From the NCBI GenBank assembly GCA_028534125.1, contig CM052816.1, positions 5,768,001 through 5,832,000 of the forward strand: DNA of 64,000 bases, in the 5' to 3' direction. Positions 1 to 14,030 of the stretch are shown here, piece by piece (within the stretch, counting starts at the first letter, position 1; every line of letters begins with the position of its first letter). The translations under genes and the position numbers were made by a program. A model generated the notes under the pieces. That model was given only the letters and a program-made list of their open reading frames with translations, was not told where the DNA came from and searched no databases. The stretch comes from Lama glama. Its lineage: Eukaryota.

Positions 1-564
1 ATGAGCATTGCTCTTCTATTTTTGAGTCCGGGAGCCCCACAGCTATCGTATAGGTTGGCATTGGAGAGAAGGGAGCACTGGGAGAGCGCTGAGGGCGTGT
101 GGCCGTCATTTAGGTATTCTTCACTTGTGTATGAACCGTCAGTGATCTGTATCTGGGATGTGTTCTTTTCATTTCTCTTTCCCTTTCTCTTGCTCTTTCT
201 CAAAATCAATAAATGACTTGTTAAGTCTTATAGAGATTTATGCAATAGAATTAGATTTTTCTTTATTATAGAGTTGATCTATTTTCAGTATTTATCCCAG
301 GAAGAATCTTTGGGCATGCAAAACCCAGAAAAGCAGTGTTATTGTTCAAGAAGTCGTGCTTGGTACATGAAAGTGAGCACCCACTCTCACCATTTGCCTT
401 CAGAGTGCTGAGAAGATGCTCTGGGCTCTAAAAGTCTGCTTTTTAATTTTTGAGTTGATGGTTATTGTTTGACCCACATAAATAGGCACTGGGAACCTGG
501 CCTATGTCCAATCTCCTGCCTTTAATCGTGCTGTCAGTCATAAAGCCCACTGCGATGTTAGAGT

Positions 565-790
565 AAGTTACAGCCATGGGCTCTGGAGTCAGATTGCTTG
601 AGCTTGAAATGTGGCTCCTGCTTTATTATGTGCGTCAACCTGGTCAAGTCACTTAACACTGTACCTTTGCTTCCTCATTTGTAAAATGAGGGATAATGGT
701 ACTTCACAGGGAAATAAGGAGGATTGTATGAGATAACACACCTCTCATGGTGTGTGGCCTGTGGTAGGCTCTCACTCAATGGTAGCTTTC
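565..790 (+). mobile_element. MIR SINE
   Basis: gggctctggagtcaga...caagtcacttaac...ttcctcatttgtaaaatgagggataat. Confidence 0.8.
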
Positions 791-1689
791 ATTACAGTGG
801 AAAGTCATTTGAGTGCCAGCTGACCCGAGATTTACCTTCGTATTACTGAGTTTGTCACCTTGTTCCAGCCACCTGTGCATGGGACAGGGTGGTAGAGGTA
901 CTCTGTTGACTGGACAAATCACGTCACCTCCTGTACCTTGTATTTTCAACTTTGCATATAAGTGTTTAGAACAGATGATGTCCTTGACTCGTAAAGCCTT
1001 CAATCAGTTGTAATACTGCAGCATCACTGATGTTCCTGGACCTGTAAGAACTCATTCTGTACTTTGGGCCTTTCTAGGGTGATGTTCTATGGGTGTCAAA
1101 GAGAAAAGTCTCTTCCTTGCCAAGCACTATTCTTCAGATCTCCTTTGAAACTTGCCTAAACTTGTACAAAGAGTGTTCTAAGTTCTTCTCGGCAAAAATT
1201 TATGATTGGTAAATACCAGGCCACTTGGTTGCCCTTTATTTGGTCACATTCAATTATTTCTACACACCTGTAGCTGTCTTTAGTTTCCTCAGATTTGGAT
1301 GATTACTTAAAATTCTTCAATGCATTTTTTATTGCCCTTCAAATAAGGGCAAAAATCCTTTTCAAAATTCTCCCTTACTCCATTCTCCAGTCTTAGATGA
1401 AACTTTTCTCCTTTTTACAGCCTGTGACCTGGAGCACTTAGCTTCTTTCCATTTACCAACTGTACGGTGACTTCTTGCCTTAGAGTCTTTGCACATGCTG
1501 TTCCCTCTACCTGGCCTGTTCCTCTGTTCCCTCCCCTCACTTCACCTGGTTAACTCCTGTCAATCTGTCATATCTCAGCTTGAAAAAAAGCATCCTTGGG
1601 TAAGTCTAGTTAGCCACATCCCATCCAGCCTGCACACCAGGTTGGACCTTGTTATCTTTGGGCGTGTTTGAGAGCTTCTCTTTGTGCTT

Positions 1690-2340
1690 ATTGTTCTGCA
1701 TTTTCAATTGAATCAGCTGCTGATTTTCATCCATTTATCCTACTTGGGACTCAGAATTTAAAATCCGAATATTCATGTTTTCCATAAATTCTGAAAAATT
1801 CCCTTCAGATATTCCTCTATTCCATCCTCTTTTGTCTCCACCTGAAACTCATAGGAGATGCACATGGAATTTTTTTCTCTCTCAGGTCTCTTAACCTCTT
1901 TGTTATATTTTCTGTCTTTTAATCTTTCTGTGTGACATTCTAAGGAATTCTCTCTGATTTTTTTCCCCCAGTGTGCTAATTTTCTCTTTAACTCTGTCAA
2001 ATTCGCTGTTTAACTTTTCCATTGAGATTTTATATAAATAACTACTTAAAAAATTCTCTAAATCCTAATTGATACTTTTCCAAATATGTCTTTTCTTTCA
2101 TGATAGTGTCATAAAATATTTTTTTTGGTGACTTTTATGTTTCTACTTATACTTCTGTTTCTTGCTCATGTATGTTGTTATGTAATTTATAACTTTGCCC
2201 TGGTTAGGACAGCCCCAGAATAACTAGCTTGTGCTTTTCACCCTAGTTTTGATTTCCTTTTTACTTTTTGGCCTAGAGATTTCCTAACTTGCATTTAAAA
2301 GGCTACTTGTTATATATCTTCCTCTGGTGTATCTAGGTGT
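1690..2340 (-). mobile_element. Decayed old L1 ORF1-region fragment
   Basis: T-rich + strand; minus ORF 1773..2000 is a K/E/R-rich coiled-coil-like remnant ending ...GIFQNLWK, as in L1 ORF1. Confidence 0.55.
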
Positions 2341-2789
2341 TTTATAGTGGGAGTTTTATTCTCCCAAATTGCTGGAAGTGCGCGTCCTCTAGGCCCCCTT
2401 TTGTAGACTATCATAATTTCCATAAACTGTTAACCAGTAATCATCTGTTTAATGTTTATCTGCTCTGCAAGAATGTAGTGCCCTGGGGACAGGGACTATA
2501 TATCTTACCCCAAAGCTGTAGCTCCAGCTGCTAGCTTAGTGCCTAGAATGTTGTAGGGCTCAATATTATTGAGATAAATGAATGAGCCGAAGGCAGAGGT
2601 GGCCTTGGATGTCATGCCAAGATGGGTTAGGAGCCTCTTTCCATCTTTTTGCAACCTTTTAAAACACTCTCACCTTTCCTTGAATGTTTTCCTTCCCTAA
2701 AATGATTTAATCGCTCTGTAATTGACATAATGTCTGTCAGATGACGTCGCACTTTTCAGTAACCTTCTGTATAGATTATCCCGTTTAAA

Positions 2790-2945
2790 CTTAACACCAC
2801 CTTGGACCTAGGAAGGCTGGGATGATTATCCTTACTTCACAGATGAGGAACCTGAAGGTCGAGGAGATGTATGCCTCACCTTCGTAAGACCCAGAGCTCA
2901 ATCTAGGACCTCTGACTCCAGGTCTACAGTATTCTACCTTAACTA
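2790..2945 (-). mobile_element. MIR SINE
   Basis: attatccttacttcacagatgaggaacctgaagg...ctctgactcca. Confidence 0.7.
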
Positions 2946-3555
2946 TTTGGAATGAGTGCCAGGGTTTCTTTATGTGAAAATAAAGTCCACTTTGCTTCTT
3001 CACTGAACTACCTGTTTCTTGCTAAATAACTCAGAATCTAGGCAAGAATGGGTGCCTCCTTTCATTCGGTGTTATTTTGATTTCCACACCTCGAGTCTCA
3101 GGACTCAAACGACTTGATTTTTCATCTGGACAACGTGTTGGCTTCTTTGGTGACAAACACTACAAACCACTTCCTGTCAAAGAATCCAGGTTGCTGGAGA
3201 GCCCTGTTTGTGGCCTCATTGAATGTAGGGTGTCTGGTAAAGGACGGTATGTTACAGATCACAGGACAGAAACACAAGGTTCATCAGTGTTTCACACTGG
3301 GAGGGGTAAAAGGCGAGGTGTGGGGAGGGACCCAGGGGCAGTGACAGTCACAGTAAGCTGAGGCCCCTGGGTCGATTTCCAACCTCAGGGCTGAAGATCT
3401 CAGGTGGCTGGAATCTTTCAGGCCCACAGATGTCCAAGAAGAGACCTCTTGCCAGCTTGCATCTGAGGACTGGAGCCATATGGCAGACACAGCAGCTTCA
3501 TTCCTGAGGTGGGGAGGGGAGAGGGGGTACCAAGGAAGCAAGTCTCGGCTACTTA

Positions 3556-3900
<345 letters not shown>

Positions 3901-4537
3901 TCACCCGCTCATGAGCGAGATTAGCCCAGGAAGAAACAAATTATGAGTGACTGCAAAATAAGAGGGTCTAATTAGTACCGGTAGGCTCCAAGGTACAAAT
4001 ATCTTGCAAATACAGAATGAACAGAAAAACCCAGACTCTTTTAATTACTGCTGGGTAGTTATATTCGGCTTAAATATGGGGAGAGTTAAGAACCCGGGGC
4101 CCTGTCTGACTTTTAAGACAGCAGAGAACCTAGTTGTTGTTCAGTATGGTCTTACTTATGCAGCCCAGAAGTGGAGAGCCGACTGTCAGTGGAATCTGAT
4201 GTCATCGTTAAAGGACGACACTGGAGAACCTTGGATCAGGTGCCAAGTGCTAGTTAGTCATCGTGTATAGATGTAAATTGTTTGATAAAGTTAATAACTT
4301 GGGACCCAATATTGTCTCCTGCTTACATTTCAAAAGCCTCTGAATCCAGCCAAACTGCTTTCCTCATTTCTCCCTCGCCTCATTTCGAGCCTTCTTTCCT
4401 TCCTTCTTTTGTGACTTTGCTTCATTTGTTCACACCACTTGATATACTGGTTCTCTCTAACCACATCCTCCTTACTTACTCATCGTCTCAACATCAGAAC
4501 ACATCCTTTGTATTCTGAGACTGCCTCGGTTCCAAGG

Positions 4538-4715
4538 ACAATGGTTCTCAAACTCGAGTGAAACCAGGGTCGTGTATGGAGACTGTAAATATGCCTACTC
4601 CCTGGCTCTAAACCTCCAGATTCTGATTCAGCTGGTCTGGTGGGGAGTCTAGAATAAATCTCTTTTAGACCAGATGATTCATCTGTATGGCCTGTGTGGC
4701 TCACTTTAGAAGGAA
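4538..4715. mobile_element. MER5-family MITE
   Basis: caatggttctcaaact...ccagattctgattcagctggtctg. Confidence 0.65.
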
Positions 4716-6329
4716 TATTGTGAAGATTGATATTCCTCTAGGACCCATTGTCCAGGAACTCACTGGCTGGCCCGGCTAGTGTGTTAGGACTATGCATCAT
4801 CCATGCTTGTGCATAGGTCTCAAGTATGTGGACACTACCTGAGGGTAGGGGACATCTTCCCTTCTGTGGGTCCTTGACAGAGTCTAACCTTGCATACAGC
4901 AGTTTCTTAGGGGCTATGATCCAGGACCATAAATCAACCCTCTTATCTAAGATGTTTTTCCTAAAAAGCATCCTTTCCCCAACAAATAGATGTATTTTAG
5001 GGATCCTGGTATCTGACTTTTGAAAATGCTTTGTAAGTGGACAAGTGTTCAACACATATAAAGGGCTATTTTCTTAAAAACAGTTACTACTAGTGTCAGG
5101 CAAGCTATGTAATCTAGTGGTTGATACAGAGATTACAGATTTGTTTAGTATCACATTACCATTATACATGCAATATGTCATTTTTCTTTGCGCATATTAT
5201 CAGATTTATTTTCTTGATAGCAGTAAGTGTTGGCTAGATATTGATGTACAATTCAGTTGTTGTTTGAGCCAGCTGATCTACAAAGATATTTGGGCCCAGG
5301 AAAATACTCAGTCTCAAGGAAAAATGAATGGATGTAGTTATTGAGAATGCCAGGGAAGCATTTAATAGAGTTGTAAGATTTAATAGCTTGTAATTAGATA
5401 AACTTGATGATTTGTTTCATGGTATGGTTTACAGTCTAGAAAGGACACTGGACTGGGATTGAGGAGCCCTGGGTTCTAGTCTTAGGTCTATTGCTAACTT
5501 TCCCTATCTGTTCCACAAGGAGTTTGGACATGGTAACCTTTGAGTTACTCACTAGCTTGAAATATTTGATTCTTTACATGAAGATTCATCATTCAAGCAA
5601 CAATGTCCATGTGAAAAAAAAGAAGATAGAAAGGAGAAAAGGGAGGGAGGCTTTCAAAGTTACGGAAAGAAATAGCCAGGACCAGTCCTAGCATCTACAA
5701 TATATTGAATATTCTCTCCCAGGAAACAGAGAAATACATAAATTCCGCTGTGACCAGATTGGCAGATGATCTTCCAGGCACAAAACCAACCAAACACACA
5801 GCAGGGCAATTGCAAGATGCAATTTGACCTGACAGGACGGCCACAGCGGGGAACTGGGCCGCTGACAGGCAGAGCTGAGGAGCATGCAGAAAATTAATAT
5901 GTCCTCTCAGCCTCCCCCAGGGCCCCAAACGCCGGGGCCCGTGCTCACAGGCACTCGGAGCGGACTATCAGGAAAATCTAATCTCCAGGAATGCGAAGGT
6001 GGCAGAAGTGGCAGGGAGGATTGGAAACATGCTTGGGGTATTTGTTCTTGGATCTCTTCTATCATCTGCAGCTCCCACGGCCCTTCACACATCTTAATTA
6101 AACTGTCGATGGAGAATTAAGTGACGCTGGGTTTGGGCTGCCAAGACGCTGTGGGCTGCCATGGAGACTAGAAGCCGGATTTTTCAGAGACTGGGGTGGA
6201 ATTCTTGCCTTATGATTCCCTCCCCCTGCCTGATGGGGGTGGTAGGTGATCTTGTTTCCCCACCCTCCAAAGTCCTGGTGGGATAACTCTCAAGGTCGGA
6301 GTCACAGAGATGGGAGGGCTCATTGGGCA

Positions 6330-6695
6330 TATCTTCAGCAGTGCCCTCTTTTTACAGGTAAAGAAACTGAGACCCACAGTGTGGCCACGAACCATCCAGT
6401 GTCATGTAGCGTGTTAGTGGCAGAGCCAGCAGTAGTAGAACCCCGTCTCCCGACGGCACACCTGGTGTCTTTCTGCTGCAACCAGCTGCCTCCCTCATCT
6501 TAGGCTTTATGTTTTGCTGGTTGCGGGACTTTGGGCAAGTAACATCACCTTTCTGAGCCTCAGTGGCAGTGGCGATAATAGTACCCACTGTCCAGTGTTG
6601 CCATGGAGATTATATGAGAACAGAGGTATCAATGCCTAACCCAGCACCTGGCGCATAGTAGGTGTTCCATAAGTGGTACAATTACTACTAATAAT
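6330..6695. mobile_element. Two MIR SINEs in opposite orientation (about 6330-6460 minus, 6515-6695 plus)
   Basis: tttacaggtaaagaaactgagaccca (minus core) and gactttgggcaagtaacatcacctttctgagcctcag...gcacctggcgcatagtaggtg (plus core). Confidence 0.7.
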
Positions 6696-7899
6696 GATGC
6701 CCTTTAGTCAGGTTTTAGGGTAGGAATGCCTAGTACGTGCTTGACTTGGTACCAGTTTCCCTTCCTATATACATGGCAGACGTTGGCATCAATCAAGGAA
6801 TTCTTTCATACTGAGCCCAGATGTGACCTCAGAACCCCTGTCAACATAGAACTCCAGGCAAGGACTACTGATCTCTCAGAGTTAGCACCGGACTACAACC
6901 TCTGCCACCAGGGCTGTCGGCCTGGTTAGGACGCAGGGTTTGTAGAATATGCGCTGCCTTGCTTCTAGGGGCCAAACCTAGTGCTATGGATGAGAGATAG
7001 TAATATGTCAATTGCTATAGTTCTTAACAGAGAGCTTGGAAGTCTTAAGTCCCAGCTGCGCCTCTAAGTTAGCTACGGCACGCATATTTTCTTCTCTGGA
7101 TCTCACTTTCTCCAACTACAAAAGGAGAGGGTTAGATGAGACTTGTCTATGGGCCCAGCTAGTAACCTAAGTGATCCGTTAAAAAACCATTTATTGGTTA
7201 AAGACACCACCCATTAGGACAGTGTGGTTCAGTGGCAAGAATATTTGGGTTGGATTAAGGAAGCTCAGGCTTTATACCCACCCTTGACACTCGCGTCACG
7301 AATTCCCTGCACCTCAGTTTCTTATCTACAAAGTGGTCACATCATCCCTGTTCTGCCTTAGGTCATGGGTGAAACATGAATGAGACCTGGATGAGAAGAG
7401 CTTTGGGGACTGTGACATGCTGATATACTGGGGATGAGAGCAGAGGTATATAATTGGGGAGTGGGTTGAGTGGTTCCCCAGCTGTACCCTCAGGGCCTGG
7501 GGCATAGGACTGGCTTCATGGACAAATACCTGGCATCTCCTTCACACTTTGGTTGTGGGCTAAAAAGCGTCAGAGACTTGTAATGAGGTTGCAAGTGGTT
7601 TTTCACTAACTGGTTGGGTTAGCCTAAGTAAGTCATGTCTCTCTTTGAAATGACAGTCTTCGACCAAGTGACCTCTAAGTTACCATCTTGCTCCAATATG
7701 TTAAAAATGGGTGATTTTAACCTTGGCAGCTGTATCAGTCACAGTTAAGACTTTAGTCTCTTTTCTGCCTATCACATGGGATGCAGAGCCCACAATCAAG
7801 AACCTGAGTACAGCATCGAGTGGGTTCATGCAGAGCCTGGGGTTTCCTTGGTGAACTTGGAGTGAGAGCCCAGGGGGTCTGCACAGGATCCCCAGCCTC

Positions 7900-8135
7900 T
7901 TGCCAGAGACAATGCAGAGCCTTGCTCCGTGTTCTCCTCCTGCTGCTTATTAGCTGTGTGACCTTGGGCGATTACTTTTACCTCTCTGAGCTCCCTTTAT
8001 AAAGCGGGAACAACAAATCCCTAACTGGCCTCTAATGAGAGGATTAAATGAGCTAAGTCATGTAATGTGTGCTTCTTACCACAGGACCTCATTCATAGTA
8101 TGTGCTAAGGAAGTGGTAGCAAATCTTTATTATTT
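7900..8135 (+). mobile_element. MIR SINE
   Basis: ttattagctgtgtgaccttgggcgattacttttacctctctgagct...gaggattaaatgag. Confidence 0.8.
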
Positions 8136-8349
8136 AGGTTTGATCTTGGTACCTCCATGTGCTGTCTGTTCAACTCCCAGGATGAACATGCCCAAAGTCC
8201 ACGGACCTACAGTTTTTCCACTACTGCATGTTTGTTCAAGTTGTTGCTTTTGCCTGGAATGTAATGAGACTACCCAGATCTGACTTGCTTTCATGCTGTC
8301 TAGAAATGTTTACAGGTCCATCTGAATATTTTAGATGACTTATCTCTTT

Positions 8350-8433
8350 CTTTTTCATAGAGTTACTGGGGATTGAACCCAAGACCCCATCCATGCTGAG
8401 CATGCACTCTACCACTGAGCTATACCCTCCCCC
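8350..8433 (-). mobile_element. tRNA-derived SINE of camelid type (Vic-1-like), inserted into a MIR
   Basis: Minus strand reads GGGGGAGGGTATAGCTCAGTGGTAGAGTGCATGCTCAGCATGGATGGGGTCTTGGGTTCAATCCCCAGTAACTC plus A-rich tail (Pol III A and B boxes); 17-bp TSD agatgacttatctcttt (8333-8349) / agatggctcatctcttt (8434-8450). Confidence 0.88.
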
Positions 8434-9040
8434 AGATGGCTCATCTCTTTTAATCTCCTAATGACTCTTTGAGATAGACATTATTTTCCTCATTTTATTG
8501 ATGGTGAAATGGTGTCGAAAGGGTAAAAGTGCCACAGAACAAGTAAAGGATGGAGCCAGTTTCTGGACCTCAGTGTGGCTGACCCTAAGGCTTATGCTCC
8601 TTTGCTCCTCTGCCTCCAGCCACAAGACATATCCACCACCTCCAGCTCCACTTCACATTTTCTGTCTCTCTTGGCACTACTTAACAGAACACCTATTCCA
8701 GTAGTTATTTCCCATATAACATCTCCTTACTCATTAAGTCGCCAGGAGGGTACACAAAGGACATGCATCAGGTTGGGACCTTGTCCCTAGGCTGTTCCTA
8801 ATCAGTGGCTAACAAGGCTGAAGGTCCTTGCACGAGCAGACTGGGGCATCTCCTTCGCAGCCCTCAGAGAACTTGTCACAGATTGGTGTACATAAGGGGT
8901 CAAATTCAGTGCAAGAGCTTTGGTGTTCCCGCAAATGCAGACGTGTAGGTTTCTCAGGGATCTGTGGAAAGCTGAGAAATGCTCTGAGTTTCCCTGTCTT
9001 ACACTCAGTGGAGCAGTCCCCTGTCATCTCATGTTTTCTA

Positions 9041-9334
<294 letters not shown>

Positions 9335-9539
9335 TCAGAAGCACAGACATCAGTTACCGTGGGCTGTAGGAGGGGCTGAGGGCCAACCTGAGCCAGCAGA
9401 GCTGTCAAGCCCTGTTGCACCCTTCTCTGCTGTCAGCAGGCTGTGAGAATTCAAACATCAGTGGCTCCTGCCCATTTTTGTTCCTTATCATGGATAAGAA
9501 TCTGTGGGGCTGCTGTGCTTCAGGGGTGACACCGCCCTG

Positions 9540-9750
9540 CAGGTACATCTGCACACCCACTCTCACATGTGCATGCACATCGAGACATGTGTCAGCAAAG
9601 ACACAGAGAGGTCAGCCCCTACCCACAAATTCACAAACACGGATCAACATCTGGTTAAAGACAGTTACATAGACACCAAATGTGTCTGCATGTATTTGCA
9701 TATATACATATGTGAACGCAAATGCATGTGCACACATGTGGCCTACATTT
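9540..9750. repeat. Degenerate alternating purine-pyrimidine (CA/TG/TA) low-complexity tract
   Basis: cacatgtgcatgcacat...gcatatatacatatgtg...tgcatgtgcacacatgtg. Confidence 0.6.
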
Positions 9751-11399
9751 GATCGTGACCAGGAATGTTTTCAGACTGCATTCTCCCTCTTGCCTTCCTG
9801 GCGCACAGAGTCCGCCAAAATGATGGACCCGAAGGAAGGGAAGGGAGAACGTACTGGAAATAAATGACGAACAACAGCACTCCAGCCACCTTGGAGAATG
9901 TCACTGTCGAGTGCAGGCACCATTCCCTTCCTTACCACAGAGAAACAGACTTCGGTTGAAATGAAAGACAAAGGAGAGCTTGTTCTGGATCAAAACGGCA
10001 AATAAGACGATCATACTGGAGGTGAGAAATTTGTCCTTGATCTAATTAGAGTCCTGTTCTCCTCTCTTAAGCCCAAAATAGTGAAGAGAAACCACTCTTC
10101 ACTGTGGAAATGAAGTTCCACTGTGATTGTTTGGATGTGGCTAGGAGATTTCAAGTCTATGGCTTCCCAAAGATTTACCAACAACTTAGATATTATATGG
10201 GTTGATTTTATGGGGTGGCCAGACATGGCCTCAAGTCATACTGAATCAGAGAGTGTGATAAAGTTATTTTCATTCCATTTCTCCCCCATCTGGCTCAGTT
10301 TATTAAGGAATTATCATCCTGAAGCTGCTGGATGATAAGCCTTAAGCCCTTGATAACATGTGCTCTGACAGCCTCAAGCTCAGAGGTGACAATGCTTAAC
10401 TAGAACCTAACACTCAACAACCAGAGCAATCAATCCCCAGTCCAAACCACGAGTTTTACAGATAAAGAAACTCCAGGGTCCCAAATCGCACTGACCCAGG
10501 AGCAATCCCGTGCCTGCTGGCTTGTTTGACTGCTCTACTCTGTTTTTAAGACCCTGTTGGCCCTCCCTGCGTTATTCCCACGTTCCTGTGTGTTCCACTT
10601 TGTTTCGGTTCCTGGGAGTCTCCTTTTCACTCTAGATGGACAGTTTTCACCCCAAGAAATCCAGCAGATACTTGTTACTGCTTGCACTATGGACAGTACC
10701 GTTCCTCGATGCTTCACGTAAACAGGGAAGTAAGGGGAGACTGGCTCAAAGAAATGAGGGCTGGAGAGCAGAACAAAGCTACGTCATCTGAAGAACAGCT
10801 GCAGGAAGAGGGCACATTTTACAGGAAGAAAAGACTTGGGGAGATGTGTTCACTGAAGGATGGAGGTGAAGCGTGTACCATGTGACCTGATTTGGGCATG
10901 TCTGGTAGAAGTGGCAGGAAACAAACACTAAGCAAATACGAGGAAGATATTTTTGATGGGCAGAGTAGGGCAACAATGGCTGTCCTGCAGGTGAGAGTGG
11001 AGTTTCCCCATTTCTGTAGATGTTCAAGTGATAAATCATTCACGGAGATGTTGTACTTGGTGCCTGCTCTTGGTCCTTCAGGGTACTGAGTGCTGGGGAC
11101 ACCACAGTAAGATAGGGGAAGGGCCAAGTGTCACATGGGGCCAGAGGCTAACTGCTTCCTCTTCCCCTCCTCGCGTCTCTGAGATACTGTGGTCTGAAAT
11201 CATACATAAGGAGGCCAGGATGCTTGGCTTCCATTGGCCAGTCAAGCAAAATGAGATACACAGAGGCAAATCATTCTCCCAGTGCCCCAGGACTAACGCA
11301 CAGTTGTAGTCCAGATCACACCAGTCTCCTGAACACTAGCCCAGAGCTCTGTTCACTGTAGGAGGCAGCAGATACAAGTGTCCAGGCTGCTGGAAGATG

Positions 11400-12020
11400 C
11401 TGCTGCTTTCCCAATTCTGGGCAGTCACAGTGGCATCTGACCCGACTTCTTGCCTCCGTTCAACCCTTCTACCCCCCATCCTCCCACTCCTCTGCCTAAT
11501 CAGTTCTCTGCAAGGCAGCCTGAATGAGCTCTTTAAAAACATTGATTATATCATGTTTCTTTGTTGCTGAAAACCCATCAAAGCCCTCCTCTTACACTTG
11601 GAATAAAATCCAACTCCTTAGGTGGCCTTGTATGGTCCAGCCCCAGGCTTGCTCTCCAGGGCCCTCCCACAACATGCATTCTGGAACTGTGGTCCTGCTG
11701 GACTTTATTTGATCCTTCACACTCAGAAGGCTCTCACCCTTGTCACATGCTGCTCTTCCCTGTGATGAATGCATCAGCCCTACTCATCCTTCATACCTCA
11801 TCCTAGTCATCAGTTTTTCAGCAATCAAGCATATGACTCTCAGAGCCCCAGGCAGCTCACATTGCAGTTGACATGTGACGTCTGCCTGTGTGATTGTCAG
11901 TTTTCCTCTAGACCACAAGCTCTATGAGAGCAAAGGAACCCTTGTAGCTCCTTCGTGCAATGTTGAATCTCCAGTGTCCAGCACGCAGTTAGCCTTAGTA
12001 ACAAGTGAACACACGAATCT
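11400..12020 (+). mobile_element. L2 LINE fragment
   Basis: ggaataaaatccaactcctt; ctagaccacaagctctatgagagcaaagg; ccagtgtccagcac. Confidence 0.65.
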
Positions 12021-13099
12021 CACCTCTTTTATAACCCAATGGCTCCACTCACAGTAGATTCTAGAGCCTGGGAATAACTTTCAGGGCCAAGAGAATTCAA
12101 ACCTGCTTATGGGGATGTCTGGAGTCATGGCCTCAAAGCACAGGTTCAGGATAGCTACCTCCTTTTCCAACATTGCTGAACTGAGCGACCCAGCTAAGGG
12201 ATCTCAACTTGGGGATCATCCAGTGAAGCTCAAAGGCCTCCCAGGCTCAAAGGCCTACGGCTCCTTCTTCTCTGTTCTTTAATATTTATCTGCTAGATAC
12301 TGCGATCAGCTTACCTTCCACTATATTCCTCACTTCCCCACCTACTTAATGAAGATATTGAAGAAAAATTGTGCTGTTCAATAGCCAGTGAGAGTCATCA
12401 TGGAATAATTGGAGGGCTGGGGGAAGAGGCTCTTCAAAATGGGACATGACTCCAACGTTTCACTGGTATCTGATCCACAATATGGAAGTTGAGTATGAGG
12501 CAACCCCCTTCAGCTCAGACCCGGCACAGGCAAAGGGGGGACCTCATCTGAAAACTCCGTATTGTCCCAGCTCCATCCCAGAGGCACGGAGCTGGAGTTT
12601 TTAAAAGCCGGGACTGAGAATTAGAGTCTTTGCTCTTTCACTGACCAGCTTCGTAACCTTGGCAACTTGACTACTTGGCTGGACCTCAGTCTTCCTCCTC
12701 TGTTTAATGGGTGAGACTAACCTGATTTCATGGGGAGAAGCCCATACTTTCAGAACTAGGAAGACTCTTAGTCTATTCTTTTCCTTTAACTTAGACCAGC
12801 TGTTGGAATTACAATGGTAGAGGGGGCAGTACTTTGCAAAGTGTTGTTGAAACAGGAGACATTATTTTTATGATGATGATGATTCCACCAGGGAGCTGCA
12901 GGGCAAAGCAGCATTTTTCTTAATAGGGATGGAACAGCTGTAATCTGAATCCCTTGGAGGTCTGCCTAGTCCTGAATGTTACTTGTCTCATAACTTGGCA
13001 AAGCTCTTCCTAAAACTTCCTAGGTGATTGAGGGAGTTCCTTATGTGCCTCCAGAATTGGCCACAATTTGTGTGGCTGGTTGGACCTTTGTCTTACTTG

Positions 13100-13275
13100 A
13101 ACTGGATTCATAGCCCTGTGACATGGATGGGAGAGGGGTGAATACTCCCATTTCACAGATGAAAGAACTGCAGTTAGGATAACTAGAGGGACTTGCCCAG
13201 GATCACACAATGAGGCAGGGGCAGAGCTGGGACTAGAAACCAAGACTTCATATATCTGGTCCAGCCCTCCAGCCA
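13100..13275 (-). mobile_element. MIR SINE
   Basis: cccatttcacagatgaaagaactg...gacttgcccaggatcacaca...gcagagctgggactagaaacc. Confidence 0.8.
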
Positions 13276-13459
13276 CTGCAGAGCACTCCCTCCTTCACCA
13301 ACTGATGATTCAGTAGATGGGCCTGGACTTCCTCCACTCATGATTCTCGTCAGGATGTTGGCTCAGTCAACACTCGCTTCTTGTGATGCTTACTGGAACC
13401 TTTGGGATCTGGCCAAAGCAGTCTGACCACCAGCCTCTCCATAGAATTGTAAATCTGTT

Positions 13460-14030
13460 TGTATTGGTTTTTCGCTGCTGCGTAACAAATCACCACGAAT
13501 GTCGTGGCTTCTAACAACACTCATTTATTATCTCATAGTTCTGCAGATCAGAAGTCTGCATGATGGTGTCTAGATTTCCCACTCAGGGCTTCACCAGGCT
13601 GAAATCAAGGTGTTGGCTGGGGCTGTGGTTCTCATGTGGAGCTCGAGGTCTTCTTTTGAGCTCACAGGTTGTTTGCAGAATTCGTCTCCAAGTGGATATG
13701 GGATGGAGGTCATCGTTTCCTTGCTGGCTGTCAGCCAGGGACTGGACTCAGCTCCTAGGAGCTGCCTGCATTCTTCATCCTGCACCACCTCCACCTTCAA
13801 GCAAGAGTGTAGCAAATCCCTCTTATTCTTTGAATTTTTCTGACTTCCATTAGTGAGAGAAAACTCTGCTTTTTAAAGGGCTTATGGGATTGGGTCAGTC
13901 CCACTTGGATAATCTTAAAGTCAACTGGCTTAGGACTTTAATTACATCTGTAAAATCTCTTTATAGGAGTACTTAGGTTAGTGTTTGAATAACCAAGAGA
14001 CAGGAGTCTTTAAAATTGTTTCTACCATAC
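13460..14030 (-). mobile_element. MaLR LTR (MLT1D/E-like)
   Basis: Reverse MLT1 3' end tgtattggtttttcgctgctgcgtaacaaatcaccac...catttattatctcatagttctg; aggctgaaatcaaggtgttggc motif. Confidence 0.78.

Noticed and set aside
8362..8433. Functional tRNA gene
   Set aside because: A-rich tail, TSD and imperfect stems indicate a SINE
9540..9750. RBFOX (UGCAUG) cluster upstream of exon 12
   Set aside because: Most TGCATG copies are on the + (template, antisense) strand; only one is in the transcript sense, within low-complexity sequence
10680..10700. RE1/NRSE-like site gcttgcactatggacagtacc (and a left half-site ttcagcacc near 33685)
   Set aside because: About 14 of 21 positions match, with mismatches in the CAGCACC core; too degenerate without PWM or ChIP support
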